A stretch of 64,000 nt of DNA, taken from positions 35,190 through 99,189 of the forward strand of contig JAQTOP010000001.1 of the NCBI GenBank assembly GCA_028713285.1, read 5' to 3'. Made by a program: the position numbers and the translations under genes. The stretch is from Terrimicrobiaceae bacterium. GTDB taxonomy: Bacteria > Verrucomicrobiota > Verrucomicrobiia > Chthoniobacterales > JAATET01. Below the pieces are notes generated by a model. That model saw only the letters and a program-made list of their open reading frames with translations. It had not been told where the DNA came from and did no database searches. This document shows, piece after piece, positions 52,563-61,034 of this stretch. The first letter of the stretch is position 1. Every line of letters begins with the position of its first letter.

Positions 52563-54098
52563 CTAGCCGTGGTCGCCATGGGCGGGATCCGCGCTGGCCT
52601 GCCGTTTGGAGTTTTCCGGCGGTGGCACCGAGGGCTTCGCGCTATCCTGCGCGGGCGTCGTGCCCGTGGGATGGAGCGAGACCATGTAGGCAACGAGCGC
52701 GTTGACTTCGTAGGGCGAGAGATTTTTGCCGTAGGCGGGCATGTTGCCGCCGCCTTGGATGACCTGGCGGGCGAGCTCCGGCGCAGTGAGTCGGCTGCCC
52801 ACCTCGGCGAGGTCGGGTCCGCGCACGCCGCCGATGCCATCGATGGCGTGGCAGTTGCGGCACTGCTTTTGTTGGAGCACAATGGCGCCCTGCAATTCGA
52901 GCGGGGTATGGCCGACGAGGAATTGTTTCGGCGTGGGGTCGGCGCGCCAGGCGGTCATTGCCGGCGACCATGGAGAGGTGATGCCCCACCAACTGAGCAG
53001 GCCGAGGGAAAGATAGAGGCCGACGACGGTGAGCACGGCGGCCGGGCGGCGGCTCCAATGCTTCTCGCCGGTGTTGTTGAGGAACGGCAGAAGGAACAGG
53101 AGAGTGATGACGATGGGCGGAGCGACGAGGAGGGCGACTGTCTCCATGTAGTCGGGCATGAGCGCCGCGATGGCGAAGATCCACATGAAGAAGAAGTCGG
53201 GGCGGGGGTTCGCGTCGATCTGCGTCGGATCCGGGGGGCCGATGGGACCCTTGGGACCGAAGACGGCCGCGCAGACGAGGATGCCGACGATGACGATGGC
53301 GCCGGCGATGAGGTCCTTGCCGATGCCGTGCGGGACGAAGGGCATGCCTTCGCGCTTGATGATGGCGGCATAGTGACGGTCGTAGGTCTCGCGGTTGACC
53401 TCCACGCCGGGCTCGGGCCATTCGTTGATGCCCTTGAGAAGCACCATGCGCAGGTGGAGCACGATGATGGCGAGGATGGAGCCGGGGAGGACAAAGACGT
53501 GAAGCGTAAAGAATCGCGACAACGTCTCGGCGCTGATGATCGGGCCGCCGAGCAGCATCTGGACGAGCGGGCCGCCGATGCCCGGCGAGCGACCGGTGAT
53601 CGCGGCGCCGATGCCGATGCCCCAGTAGGCGTCCTCGTCAAAGCGCATGACCTGGCCGGTGAAGGCGAGACCGAGCGTGATGACCAGCAGGAGAACGCCC
53701 GACATCCAGGTGACCTCGCGCGGGTATTTGTAAGCGCCGAAGAGATAGACCTGCGTCATGTGGATCAACATGATCGAGACCATGAAGTTCGATCCCCAGT
53801 AGTGGATACCGCGCAGATACCAGCCTAGGGGCTGCTCGAAGGTGAGGTATTCCAGCGTGGTGTAGGCCTCGGCTCCCGAGGGCACGTAGGCGAGGGCGAG
53901 GAGCGTGCCGGTGACGAGCTGGATGATGAGGCAGAGCAGGGTCGCGCTGCCGAAGACGTAGAACCAACTGCTGGTGCTCTTCGGGATGTGATGCCCGGCG
54001 GTGTGCTCGAATATCTCGCTGACGTGAATGCGGTCGTCGATCCAGCCGAATACGCCAAGCGCGGCGTCGGTGACTTTCTTTTTCGCGTTGGCGATCAT
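52563..54098 (-). CDS. Cytochrome b (bc-complex type) with a C-terminal mono-haem cytochrome c domain
   Basis: Start set at 'MIANAKKK', in an ATGA overlap with the Rieske stop. 'WYLRGIHYWGSNFMVSIMLIHMTQVY' and later haem-ligand His residues are present. C-terminal 'CRNCHAIDG' (CxxCH). Confidence 0.8.
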   Translation of the reverse strand: MIANAKKKVTDAALGVFGWIDDRIHVSEIFEHTAGHHIPKSTSSWFYVFGSATLLCLIIQLVTGTLLALAYVPSGAEAYTTLEYLTFEQPLGWYLRGIHYWGSNFMVSIMLIHMTQVYLFGAYKYPREVTWMSGVLLLVITLGLAFTGQVMRFDEDAYWGIGIGAAITGRSPGIGGPLVQMLLGGPIISAETLSRFFTLHVFVLPGSILAIIVLHLRMVLLKGINEWPEPGVEVNRETYDRHYAAIIKREGMPFVPHGIGKDLIAGAIVIVGILVCAAVFGPKGPIGPPDPTQIDANPRPDFFFMWIFAIAALMPDYMETVALLVAPPIVITLLFLLPFLNNTGEKHWSRRPAAVLTVVGLYLSLGLLSWWGITSPWSPAMTAWRADPTPKQFLVGHTPLELQGAIVLQQKQCRNCHAIDGIGGVRGPDLAEVGSRLTAPELARQVIQGGGNMPAYGKNLSPYEVNALVAYMVSLHPTGTTPAQDSAKPSVPPPENSKRQASADPAHGDHG

Positions 54099-54688
54099 GC
54101 GGGTTTCGCTACCTCGGTCGGGTTGCCGGGATTGCCCAGATTCGGGAGAATGCCTCCCTTGATCTCGAGGCTGCCGTTCGTCACCCGGCACTCGTAGGTG
54201 AAGAGGCCGCGCGGGGGCGGGCCGGCGGCGTGGTCGCCATTCTCGTAGTAGGCGCCGCCATGGCACGGGCACATGAAAAGCTTGGATTCCGAGAACCAGC
54301 GGACGGGGCAGCCGAGGTGGGCGCAGTTGATGGCGAAGACCTGGAAATCATTCGCCGAGATGTGGCGCACCCAGCAGGGGATCCTGGCCATCTCGCCGTC
54401 CCAGGGGCGGCGGTAGGGATTTTCGTAGGAGGCGAGTTGAGTGGTCCCCTCGGGAAACTGGCTGGTGGAGCCGAGGTTGATCCACTCGAGCGGGAATTTT
54501 TTCGCAAAGCTCGAAAGGACGTAGCCGAGAATGGGCACGCTGATGAGCGCGCCGGCGAGGACATTGAGGCCGATGCCGATTTGGAGAAGGAAATTGCGGC
54601 GCGAGGTGGGCGCGGCGACTGCGGTGCCGCTTTGGCAGGCGCAGCCTTCGGCGGCGGGCGTGGTTTCCTTTGGAGCGTCTGGTGTCAT
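54095..54688 (-). CDS. Rieske 2Fe-2S subunit
   Basis: Tat-like 'SRRNFLLQIG'. 'CAHLGCPV...CPCHGGAY' is the Rieske cluster motif. Confidence 0.85.
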   Translation of the reverse strand: MTPDAPKETTPAAEGCACQSGTAVAAPTSRRNFLLQIGIGLNVLAGALISVPILGYVLSSFAKKFPLEWINLGSTSQFPEGTTQLASYENPYRRPWDGEMARIPCWVRHISANDFQVFAINCAHLGCPVRWFSESKLFMCPCHGGAYYENGDHAAGPPPRGLFTYECRVTNGSLEIKGGILPNLGNPGNPTEVAKPA

Positions 54689-54700
54689 GCAGAAAGTGGG

Positions 54701-55405
54701 TTACGGGTTCGGAGCGGCGAGCGGCTGGCCGAGATCGTTGCGCCGGTTGGAGGCGAGCCACGCGACGACATCGGAGATATCCTGATCGGTCATTGCCCTG
54801 CCGGGCACGCGGGAGCGGAAGTCGGGGCAGCCGAGTTCCGGACGGCCGGCGATGACGATGGTGCGCAGGTATTGGTCGGTGACGAGGCCGAGGTAGTCGG
54901 GATCGACGATGGAGCCGGCCTTCGCGCCCGCGCCAGTCCCGCCATGGCAGCTCGCGCAAAAGGTGGCGAAGGCAACCTGGCCCGTCGCCGCATTTCCGAG
55001 AGGGGCGGCGTAGGGAGGCAGCGGGCCTTCGATCGGCTTCTTGTTCTTGAGGATGAAATCCACGAGGAGGTCGATCTGCGCGGCGGTGAGGCTTCCACCC
55101 TTCGATTCGACGAAAGCGGGCATGCGCGAACCGGGGATGCCATTGGTGATGGTATCCTTGAGCGTCGCAGGGGGAATCACCGCAAGGAAGGTGGGACTAT
55201 TCAACGCGATCGCCGCGGATGTGGTTGCGCCGATGCTGTGGCACGCGAGGCAGTTTTGCGCGAAGAGCGTGGCCGGATCCGTGATGGACGCGGCGGGTTT
55301 CCATCGATTGGCCGGATTGGGTTTTCCTGGCATCCAATCGCAGCCGACAAGCGCCGAAGCGATGATGGCGCAGAGCGCGAGGGGCAGAAGGCGCGAGCGG
55401 ATCAT
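54701..55405 (-). CDS. Di-haem cytochrome c lipoprotein
   Basis: Start set at 'MIRSRLLPLALCAIIASALVGC' (lipobox). There are two CxxCH sites, 'CLACH' and 'CASCH'. The upstream part of the ORF call is Arg/Pro-rich and non-coding-like. Confidence 0.75.
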   Translation of the reverse strand: MIRSRLLPLALCAIIASALVGCDWMPGKPNPANRWKPAASITDPATLFAQNCLACHSIGATTSAAIALNSPTFLAVIPPATLKDTITNGIPGSRMPAFVESKGGSLTAAQIDLLVDFILKNKKPIEGPLPPYAAPLGNAATGQVAFATFCASCHGGTGAGAKAGSIVDPDYLGLVTDQYLRTIVIAGRPELGCPDFRSRVPGRAMTDQDISDVVAWLASNRRNDLGQPLAAPNP

Positions 55406-56247
55406 GGCTTCTTCTCCCCCGGGTGCTGGGCCTCGACGCCGAGGCGGGCGGCGACGGTCCAGCCCTGCTGCGTCGAAACCTTCGTGGAGCGAAAGACGTA
55501 AAAGCCGCACACCATGCCGAATGCGATCTGGCTGATGACAAACGGGAGCCATTCGAAGCGGGCATTGAGCGTGGGATTGATGAACCGGAGGCTCGCCCAG
55601 ATGAGGCCGGTCCACATGAGCGGAATGAGGATTCCTCCCCAAATCCATTCGCGCTTTGCCGGCAGCATCGGGAGCAGGACGGTGTAGAGGAGGCCGACGA
55701 GGACCGACGTGGTGACGTGGGTGATGAGCGCGACGACGAGGCCTGCGAGGCTGAACTGTTTGAGCACTTCGGTGCTGGCGGTGGAGAGTTCGGGCAGGCC
55801 GGCGGCGGCCAGCAGATTCACAGGATACCAGAGACTTTGATCCACGAGATAGCCCCAGGCGCAGGCAATGACGGCCATTACCGCGCCGCCCGCGAGTCCG
55901 CCGATGAAGCCGGCCGTATAGGGATGGACGGCGGCGGGAAATTGCTCGCGATGGCCGTGCTCCCCCACATGCAGATGCGTGACGGTGCGGCCCACGCGGC
56001 AGACATCCTTCGGCCATTCGTCGTGCGGGCGGATGGGAAAAGGCTCGTGTTTGGGATGCGGGAAGACATCGCCGAACCAGCCGATGGCGCCGATCAGCCC
56101 GAGCAGGAAGCCGGCCAGCGAGACGAAAAGCGTGGTGACGAGGCCGAGGAAGAGCAGCGTGAGGCCGAAGGCTGTGATGATCGGCCAGGCGGTCGGCGTG
56201 GGCAGCTCGACCGAGTTGGCGGAATCATGGTGAGGATCGCTTTGCAT
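55402..56247 (-). CDS. Polytopic membrane protein of unknown function within the oxidase/bc cluster
   Basis: Start set at 'MQSDPHHD'. It has several hydrophobic helices. 4-nt overlap with the downstream cytochrome c gene. Confidence 0.5.
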   Translation of the reverse strand: MQSDPHHDSANSVELPTPTAWPIITAFGLTLLFLGLVTTLFVSLAGFLLGLIGAIGWFGDVFPHPKHEPFPIRPHDEWPKDVCRVGRTVTHLHVGEHGHREQFPAAVHPYTAGFIGGLAGGAVMAVIACAWGYLVDQSLWYPVNLLAAAGLPELSTASTEVLKQFSLAGLVVALITHVTTSVLVGLLYTVLLPMLPAKREWIWGGILIPLMWTGLIWASLRFINPTLNARFEWLPFVISQIAFGMVCGFYVFRSTKVSTQQGWTVAARLGVEAQHPGEKKP

Positions 56248-56249
56248 GC

Positions 56250-56858
56250 TCAATAGTGTGCGCTGATGAAATACACGACCGTGAGGACGACGGCCCAGAC
56301 GGCATCGACGAAGTGCCAATACCACGAGATGATTTCCACGTGCTCATGGTGCTCGTGATCGAGCTTGTTCCTCAGGCTGCTGATGAGGATCGTGCCCAGC
56401 AGGAGCAGGCCGACGACCACGTGGCTGGCATGAAGGCCGACGAGTGAATAGAAGGTCGTGCCGAAGACGTTCGTGCTGATGGTGAGGTGCTTCTCGAAGA
56501 TGAACTCGTGCCATTCATAGGCCGTGAAGCCGAGGAAGTAGATGCCCATCGCGATGGTGATGAACCACCACAGGTGAAACAGCGGGCGATTGCCTTTTTT
56601 GAGCGCGAACTCGGCGAAGGTGATCGTCGCGCTGCTGCCAAACAGCGCAAAGCTGGCAGACCAGGGAATCTCGAGCAGTTCGTGTGGGTAGGGACCGTTG
56701 AGGCTCTTGCCGATGTAGAAAATGTAGGCGACGACGAAGATCGCGAAGAGCGCGCTCTCGGTCGTAATGAGCGTGAGCATGCCGACCTTGCGGATCGAGG
56801 GCGGACGCCATGGCGTGATCTCGTCGATCGAGACGGGCTGATTGATAAAGGTATCCAT
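56250..56858 (-). CDS. ctaE: Cytochrome c oxidase subunit III
   Basis: 202 aa, with 'FYSLVGLHASHVVVGLLLL' and 'SWYWHFVDAVWAVVLTVVY' typical of subunit III. Confidence 0.85.
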   Translation of the reverse strand: MDTFINQPVSIDEITPWRPPSIRKVGMLTLITTESALFAIFVVAYIFYIGKSLNGPYPHELLEIPWSASFALFGSSATITFAEFALKKGNRPLFHLWWFITIAMGIYFLGFTAYEWHEFIFEKHLTISTNVFGTTFYSLVGLHASHVVVGLLLLGTILISSLRNKLDHEHHEHVEIISWYWHFVDAVWAVVLTVVYFISAHY

Positions 56859-56870
56859 CGGGCAAGGCGG

Positions 56871-58577
56871 CTATTCGTATTTCCAATCCGGATCGTCCGG
56901 GTGCTTGAGATCCCAAAGCGGCCGGCGGCTCCGGACCTCGGGAATTTTTTCGAAATTGTAGTCCGGCGGCGGCGAGGTGGTCGCCCATTCGAGCGTCCAG
57001 GCGTCCCATGGATCGTCACCGGCGATCTTTCCTTTCCGGTAGGAGTAGATGAGGTTCCAGACAAAGAGCAGGACGCCGGCGAGCTGGAAAATGACGCCGA
57101 TGGAGGACATGAGGTTCCAGATTTCCCAGCCTCGACCCGCTTCATACGTGTAGATGCGGCGGGGCATGCCGAGGAATCCGGCGATGTGCTGCGGGCCGAA
57201 CGTGAGGTGAAAACCAATCGTGAAAAGCCAGAAGTGCCAGAGGCCGATCTTGTGGCTCATCATGCGACCGAATGCCTTCGGATACCAGTAGTAGATGGAG
57301 GCAAAGATCGTGTAGAGGAGGCCGCCGATGAGGACGTAGTGGAAGTGCGCCACGACGAAATATGAATCGCTGAGCTGCCAGTCGAATGGCGCCACCGAGA
57401 GCATCACGCCCGTAAGGCCGGCGATGAGGAATTGGAACAGGAAGGCGATGCAGAAAATCATCGGCATCTCGAAGCGGATTTTGCCGCCATACATCGTGCC
57501 GATCCAGTTGAAGATCTTGATGCCGGTGGGGATGGCCACGAGCATCGTCGAGATCGCGAAAAACGAATTGCCGAGGGAGGTCATGCCGACCGTGAACATG
57601 TGGTGCGCCCACACGCCGAGGCTGATGAAGGCGATCATGACATTCGCGCCGACCATGATCGGGTAGCCGAAGATGGGCTTGCGCGAGAAGACGGGCACGA
57701 TCTCGTTCATTGCGGCAAAGCCCGGAAGGATGAGGATGTAAACCTCGGGATGGCCGAAGATCCAAAAGAAGTGCTGCCACAGCACGGCGGAGCCACCCGA
57801 CTGGGTGTCGAAAAACTTCGCGCCGAGGTAGCGGTCGAGGATGAGCATGATCTGGCAGGCCGAGAGCGGCGGGAGGGCCAGGATGACGAGGAAGGCGACC
57901 ACGAGGAACGTCCACACGAAGAGCGGCATGCGTCCGAGCGTCATTCCCTTGCACCGCAGGCTGATCGTCGTGACGATGATATTGAGCGCGGTGGCCATGC
58001 TGCCGATGCCGCTCGATAGCAGGCTGAGGGTCCAGTAGTCGGAGCTGTGGCCGCGCGAGAATGCCTTGGCGGTGAGCGGCGAGTAGGCGAACCAGCCGAT
58101 GTCGGGCGCGCTGCCGGCGTTGTAGAGGCCGGGGCCCGCGAAGTAGCTGAAATAGAGGAACCAGCCGCTGAAGAAAAACATCCAGAAGCCGAAGGCGTTC
58201 AGCCGCGGGAAGGCCATGTCGCGCGCGCCGATCATGATCGGGACGAGGTAGTTGGCCATGCCGAAGATGATGGGCATGCCGACCATGAACACCATGGCCG
58301 TGCCGTGCATCGTGAAGAAGCGGTTGTAAACGTCGGGCGCGATGAGGTGGCTGTTCGGAAAAGCGAGCTGTGCGCGGATGAGCGTCGCCATGAGGCCCGC
58401 GACCACGAAGAACAGCAGGCCCGAGCCGATATACATGAGGCCGAGCTTTTTGTGATCGACGGTGAAGAGGAGGTCTTGGATCCAAGCCGACCAGGCGCCC
58501 TTCTCCTCGCCGGGGCGGGTGGGCGTGATGACGAAGTCGTCGTCGTCGGTGGCGGTGGTCGTGGTGCCGTTGGCCAT
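56871..58577 (-). CDS. ctaD: Cytochrome c oxidase subunit I
   Basis: 568 aa. 'WFFGHPEVYILILPGF' aligns to 'FWIFGHPEVYILILPGF' here. 'HHMFTVG' and 'VAHFHYVLIGG' are also present. Confidence 0.95.
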   Translation of the reverse strand: MANGTTTTATDDDDFVITPTRPGEEKGAWSAWIQDLLFTVDHKKLGLMYIGSGLLFFVVAGLMATLIRAQLAFPNSHLIAPDVYNRFFTMHGTAMVFMVGMPIIFGMANYLVPIMIGARDMAFPRLNAFGFWMFFFSGWFLYFSYFAGPGLYNAGSAPDIGWFAYSPLTAKAFSRGHSSDYWTLSLLSSGIGSMATALNIIVTTISLRCKGMTLGRMPLFVWTFLVVAFLVILALPPLSACQIMLILDRYLGAKFFDTQSGGSAVLWQHFFWIFGHPEVYILILPGFAAMNEIVPVFSRKPIFGYPIMVGANVMIAFISLGVWAHHMFTVGMTSLGNSFFAISTMLVAIPTGIKIFNWIGTMYGGKIRFEMPMIFCIAFLFQFLIAGLTGVMLSVAPFDWQLSDSYFVVAHFHYVLIGGLLYTIFASIYYWYPKAFGRMMSHKIGLWHFWLFTIGFHLTFGPQHIAGFLGMPRRIYTYEAGRGWEIWNLMSSIGVIFQLAGVLLFVWNLIYSYRKGKIAGDDPWDAWTLEWATTSPPPDYNFEKIPEVRSRRPLWDLKHPDDPDWKYE

Positions 58578-58585
58578 AGGTCGGG

Positions 58586-59809
58586 CTATTTGAGCGTCAT
58601 GAGGTAGGCGACCACCTGGTCCACCTGCGCTTCGCTGAGCTGCATGTCCGGCATGAGGACGCCGGGCTTGAGGTGAGCGGGGTTCCGAACCCAGTCACGA
58701 AGGGATGCCTGGCCGATCGGCGCGACGCCGGAGCCGATCGCCGTGCGCGCCATGAGGTGGGTGAGGTCCGGGCCGAAGAGGCCCACGGCGACCGTGCCGG
58801 CGATCTTGTGGCAGCTCACGCAGGAGTTGCCGAAGAACACCTGCCGGCCCTGGAGCGCGATGGCATCCAATGGTGTGCGGGGGGCGGCCCGCTGGTCGGC
58901 GAGCCATTTCTCGAATTCGTCGGGTTTTTGCACCATCACGCGGATGAGCATGTTCGCATGTTGCGTGCCGCAATACTCGGCGCAGTTCCCAAGAAATGTC
59001 CCGGTCGCCCACGGCTCGAACCACATGTGGTTCTGGTGATTCGGAATGACGTCGGTCTTGCCGTTGAGCTGCGGCACCCAGTAGCTGTGGATCACGTCGG
59101 CGGACTCGAGCGTGAGCGCCGTGGGGCGGGGTTTGTCCTTCGGGCTGAGCGGGATGTGCAGCTCGTTTGCGGTGACGAAGTCGGTGATCCATCCGCCCTT
59201 GCCGTCGGGTTTCATGTAATGGATTTCCCACCACCATTGGTGGCCGATGATCGTCACGCGCACGGCATTCTCGGGCATTTTTTTGTCCTGGATTTCGCCG
59301 ATGGTGCGTGTCGTGACGAGAATGAGGACGACCGTGATGAGGATCGGGATGACGGTCCAGGCGAGTTCGATCTGGGAACTGCCGTAGATTTGCGGCGGTT
59401 CCTGGCGATCATCGGACGCGCCCTTGCTCGGGAATTTCACCACCACATAGGCGATCATTCCGGTGACGAGGAGGAAGATGACGAGGCAGATGAGCGAGAC
59501 GACAATCGACGACTCGTGAATCATGAGCGCCGGCTTCGAAAGCGGGTCGAACATGTTCGAGATCGGGTAAACGGTCGGTTCCGCCGCGCGTGCCGTCAGG
59601 GCGGGAAGGAGCAGGGTCAATATGGAAAGAAGGTTCGGGAAACGGAACTTCCCTGCGCCCGCCGGACGGGAAGTCGAAAGAGATGAAAAAGACGGCCTTC
59701 GGATCACTGGGGGAACGGAATTATCGAGCCAGCCGGAAAAATTCAACCCATTACTTTGCGCAATTTGTGCGAAGGAAAACGCACAGGCCGTGGACTCGCG
59801 TGGAATCAA
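58586..59809 (-). CDS. ctaC: Cytochrome c oxidase subunit II with fused cytochrome c domain (caa3 type); start uncertain
   Basis: CuA motif 'CAEYCGTQHANM' and C-terminal 'CVSCHKIAG'. The first 60 or so codons of the ORF call lie in AT-richer, promoter-like sequence, so the true start is probably downstream. Confidence 0.85.
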   Translation of the reverse strand: MIPRESTACAFSFAQIAQSNGLNFSGWLDNSVPPVIRRPSFSSLSTSRPAGAGKFRFPNLLSILTLLLPALTARAAEPTVYPISNMFDPLSKPALMIHESSIVVSLICLVIFLLVTGMIAYVVVKFPSKGASDDRQEPPQIYGSSQIELAWTVIPILITVVLILVTTRTIGEIQDKKMPENAVRVTIIGHQWWWEIHYMKPDGKGGWITDFVTANELHIPLSPKDKPRPTALTLESADVIHSYWVPQLNGKTDVIPNHQNHMWFEPWATGTFLGNCAEYCGTQHANMLIRVMVQKPDEFEKWLADQRAAPRTPLDAIALQGRQVFFGNSCVSCHKIAGTVAVGLFGPDLTHLMARTAIGSGVAPIGQASLRDWVRNPAHLKPGVLMPDMQLSEAQVDQVVAYLMTLK

Positions 59810-60957
59810 GCTCCCGCCTTGAGGAAGCGCACGCGCTGATCGTGGCGGGGCAGCCGGATGGTGAGCGTGAGGCCCTTGCCCTCGGTGCTCTCGATGGCGA
59901 CCTCGCCGCCGTGGGCGCGCACGATGCGCCTCACGATGAGCAGGCCGAGGCCGGTGCCCCCGGTCTTCGTCGAGAAATACGCCTCGAACACGCGGCCCAT
60001 GTTCTCCGCCGCGATGCCGCCGCCATTGTCTGTGAAGGACACGAAAAAGTGCGTCTCGTCCATGCCTGTGCGCACGCGCAGAAATCCGCCGGTGTTCATG
60101 GCCTGGAGGCCGTTGCGGATGACATTGTAGAATGCCTGTTTGAGCTGGTCGCGATCCACTTCGACGGGCGGCAGCCTTTCGTCGAGGGCGACGTCCACGA
60201 GGATGTCGCGATCCTTCAGCTCGGGCTCGAGGAAGGCGACGGATTCGCTGACCAGCACGTTGAGATTCTCGAGCCGCGTTTCGAGCGGCTGCGGGCGGAT
60301 CGCGCGCAGGAATTGCATGATGATGTGGTCGAGTCGCGTGACCTCGGCGCGAGCGATGCCGATGCTTTCCTCGAAGTCCGCCCGCGCCCGCGCCGGCAGC
60401 TTGCGAGCGCGCCGCTCGAGGAGCTGGAGGTGGATGTTGAGCGAATTGAGCGGGTTGCCGATCTCATGGGCGACGCCCGCCGCGAGCAGCGTGAGCGCGG
60501 AGAAGCGCTCGCTCTCGATGGTCTCGGCCGTCGAGCGGCGGCTCTCCGTGGCGTCGCGCAGGATGACGGCGTGGCCCTCGATCTCGTCGCCGTCGTCATC
60601 CATCAGCGGGACGATATAGAAATTGAGCGTGCGAGTTTCCGGATAAAAGACTTCGAGGTCGCGATTGACCGTCTGTCCCGAGGCGGTGACGGATTCCAGG
60701 TCGAGCCCGCGCACGACCTCCTTGAGCGGCCGGCCCATGCTGGCCTCGGCCTCGATGGCGAAGAAGCCGCATGCGGCCTTGTTCAGCCAGATGATTCGGC
60801 CCTTGGGGTCGGTGACGATCACGCCCTCGAGGATCGCGTTGAAGATGGTCTCGAGGAAGCCCTTCTCGCGCGCCAGCTCGACGAGGTAACTCTGCACGTC
60901 GGCGGGCTGCACGACGCCGAGGCGGTGGATGAGTTTGTCGAGAAAGCCGCGTTTCAT
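59806..60957 (-). CDS. PAS-domain sensor histidine kinase
   Basis: Start set at 'MKRGFLDKLI'. 'FNAILEGVIVTDPKGRIIWLNKAA' (PAS), 'LAAGVAHEIGNPLNSL' (H-box), and 'NGLQAM...DNGGGI...GTGLGL' (N, G1 and G2 boxes). Confidence 0.85.
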   Translation of the reverse strand: MKRGFLDKLIHRLGVVQPADVQSYLVELAREKGFLETIFNAILEGVIVTDPKGRIIWLNKAACGFFAIEAEASMGRPLKEVVRGLDLESVTASGQTVNRDLEVFYPETRTLNFYIVPLMDDDGDEIEGHAVILRDATESRRSTAETIESERFSALTLLAAGVAHEIGNPLNSLNIHLQLLERRARKLPARARADFEESIGIARAEVTRLDHIIMQFLRAIRPQPLETRLENLNVLVSESVAFLEPELKDRDILVDVALDERLPPVEVDRDQLKQAFYNVIRNGLQAMNTGGFLRVRTGMDETHFFVSFTDNGGGIAAENMGRVFEAYFSTKTGGTGLGLLIVRRIVRAHGGEVAIESTEGKGLTLTIRLPRHDQRVRFLKAGA

Positions 60958-61034
60958 TCGGAAGGGCTGGGCCGAATCTGGAGAGATAAGAAGGAACGCG
61001 GGCGACGGGAAGGAGAATTGGCGGCCGCCGCTCG

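Noticed and set aside
51372-53828. 818-aa plus-strand ORF, and the 381-aa and 179-aa minus-strand ORFs in other frames
   Set aside because: They overlap the CtaG-FixG and cytochrome b genes, which carry unambiguous signatures. Their sequences are Gly/Glu/Arg/Asp low-complexity.
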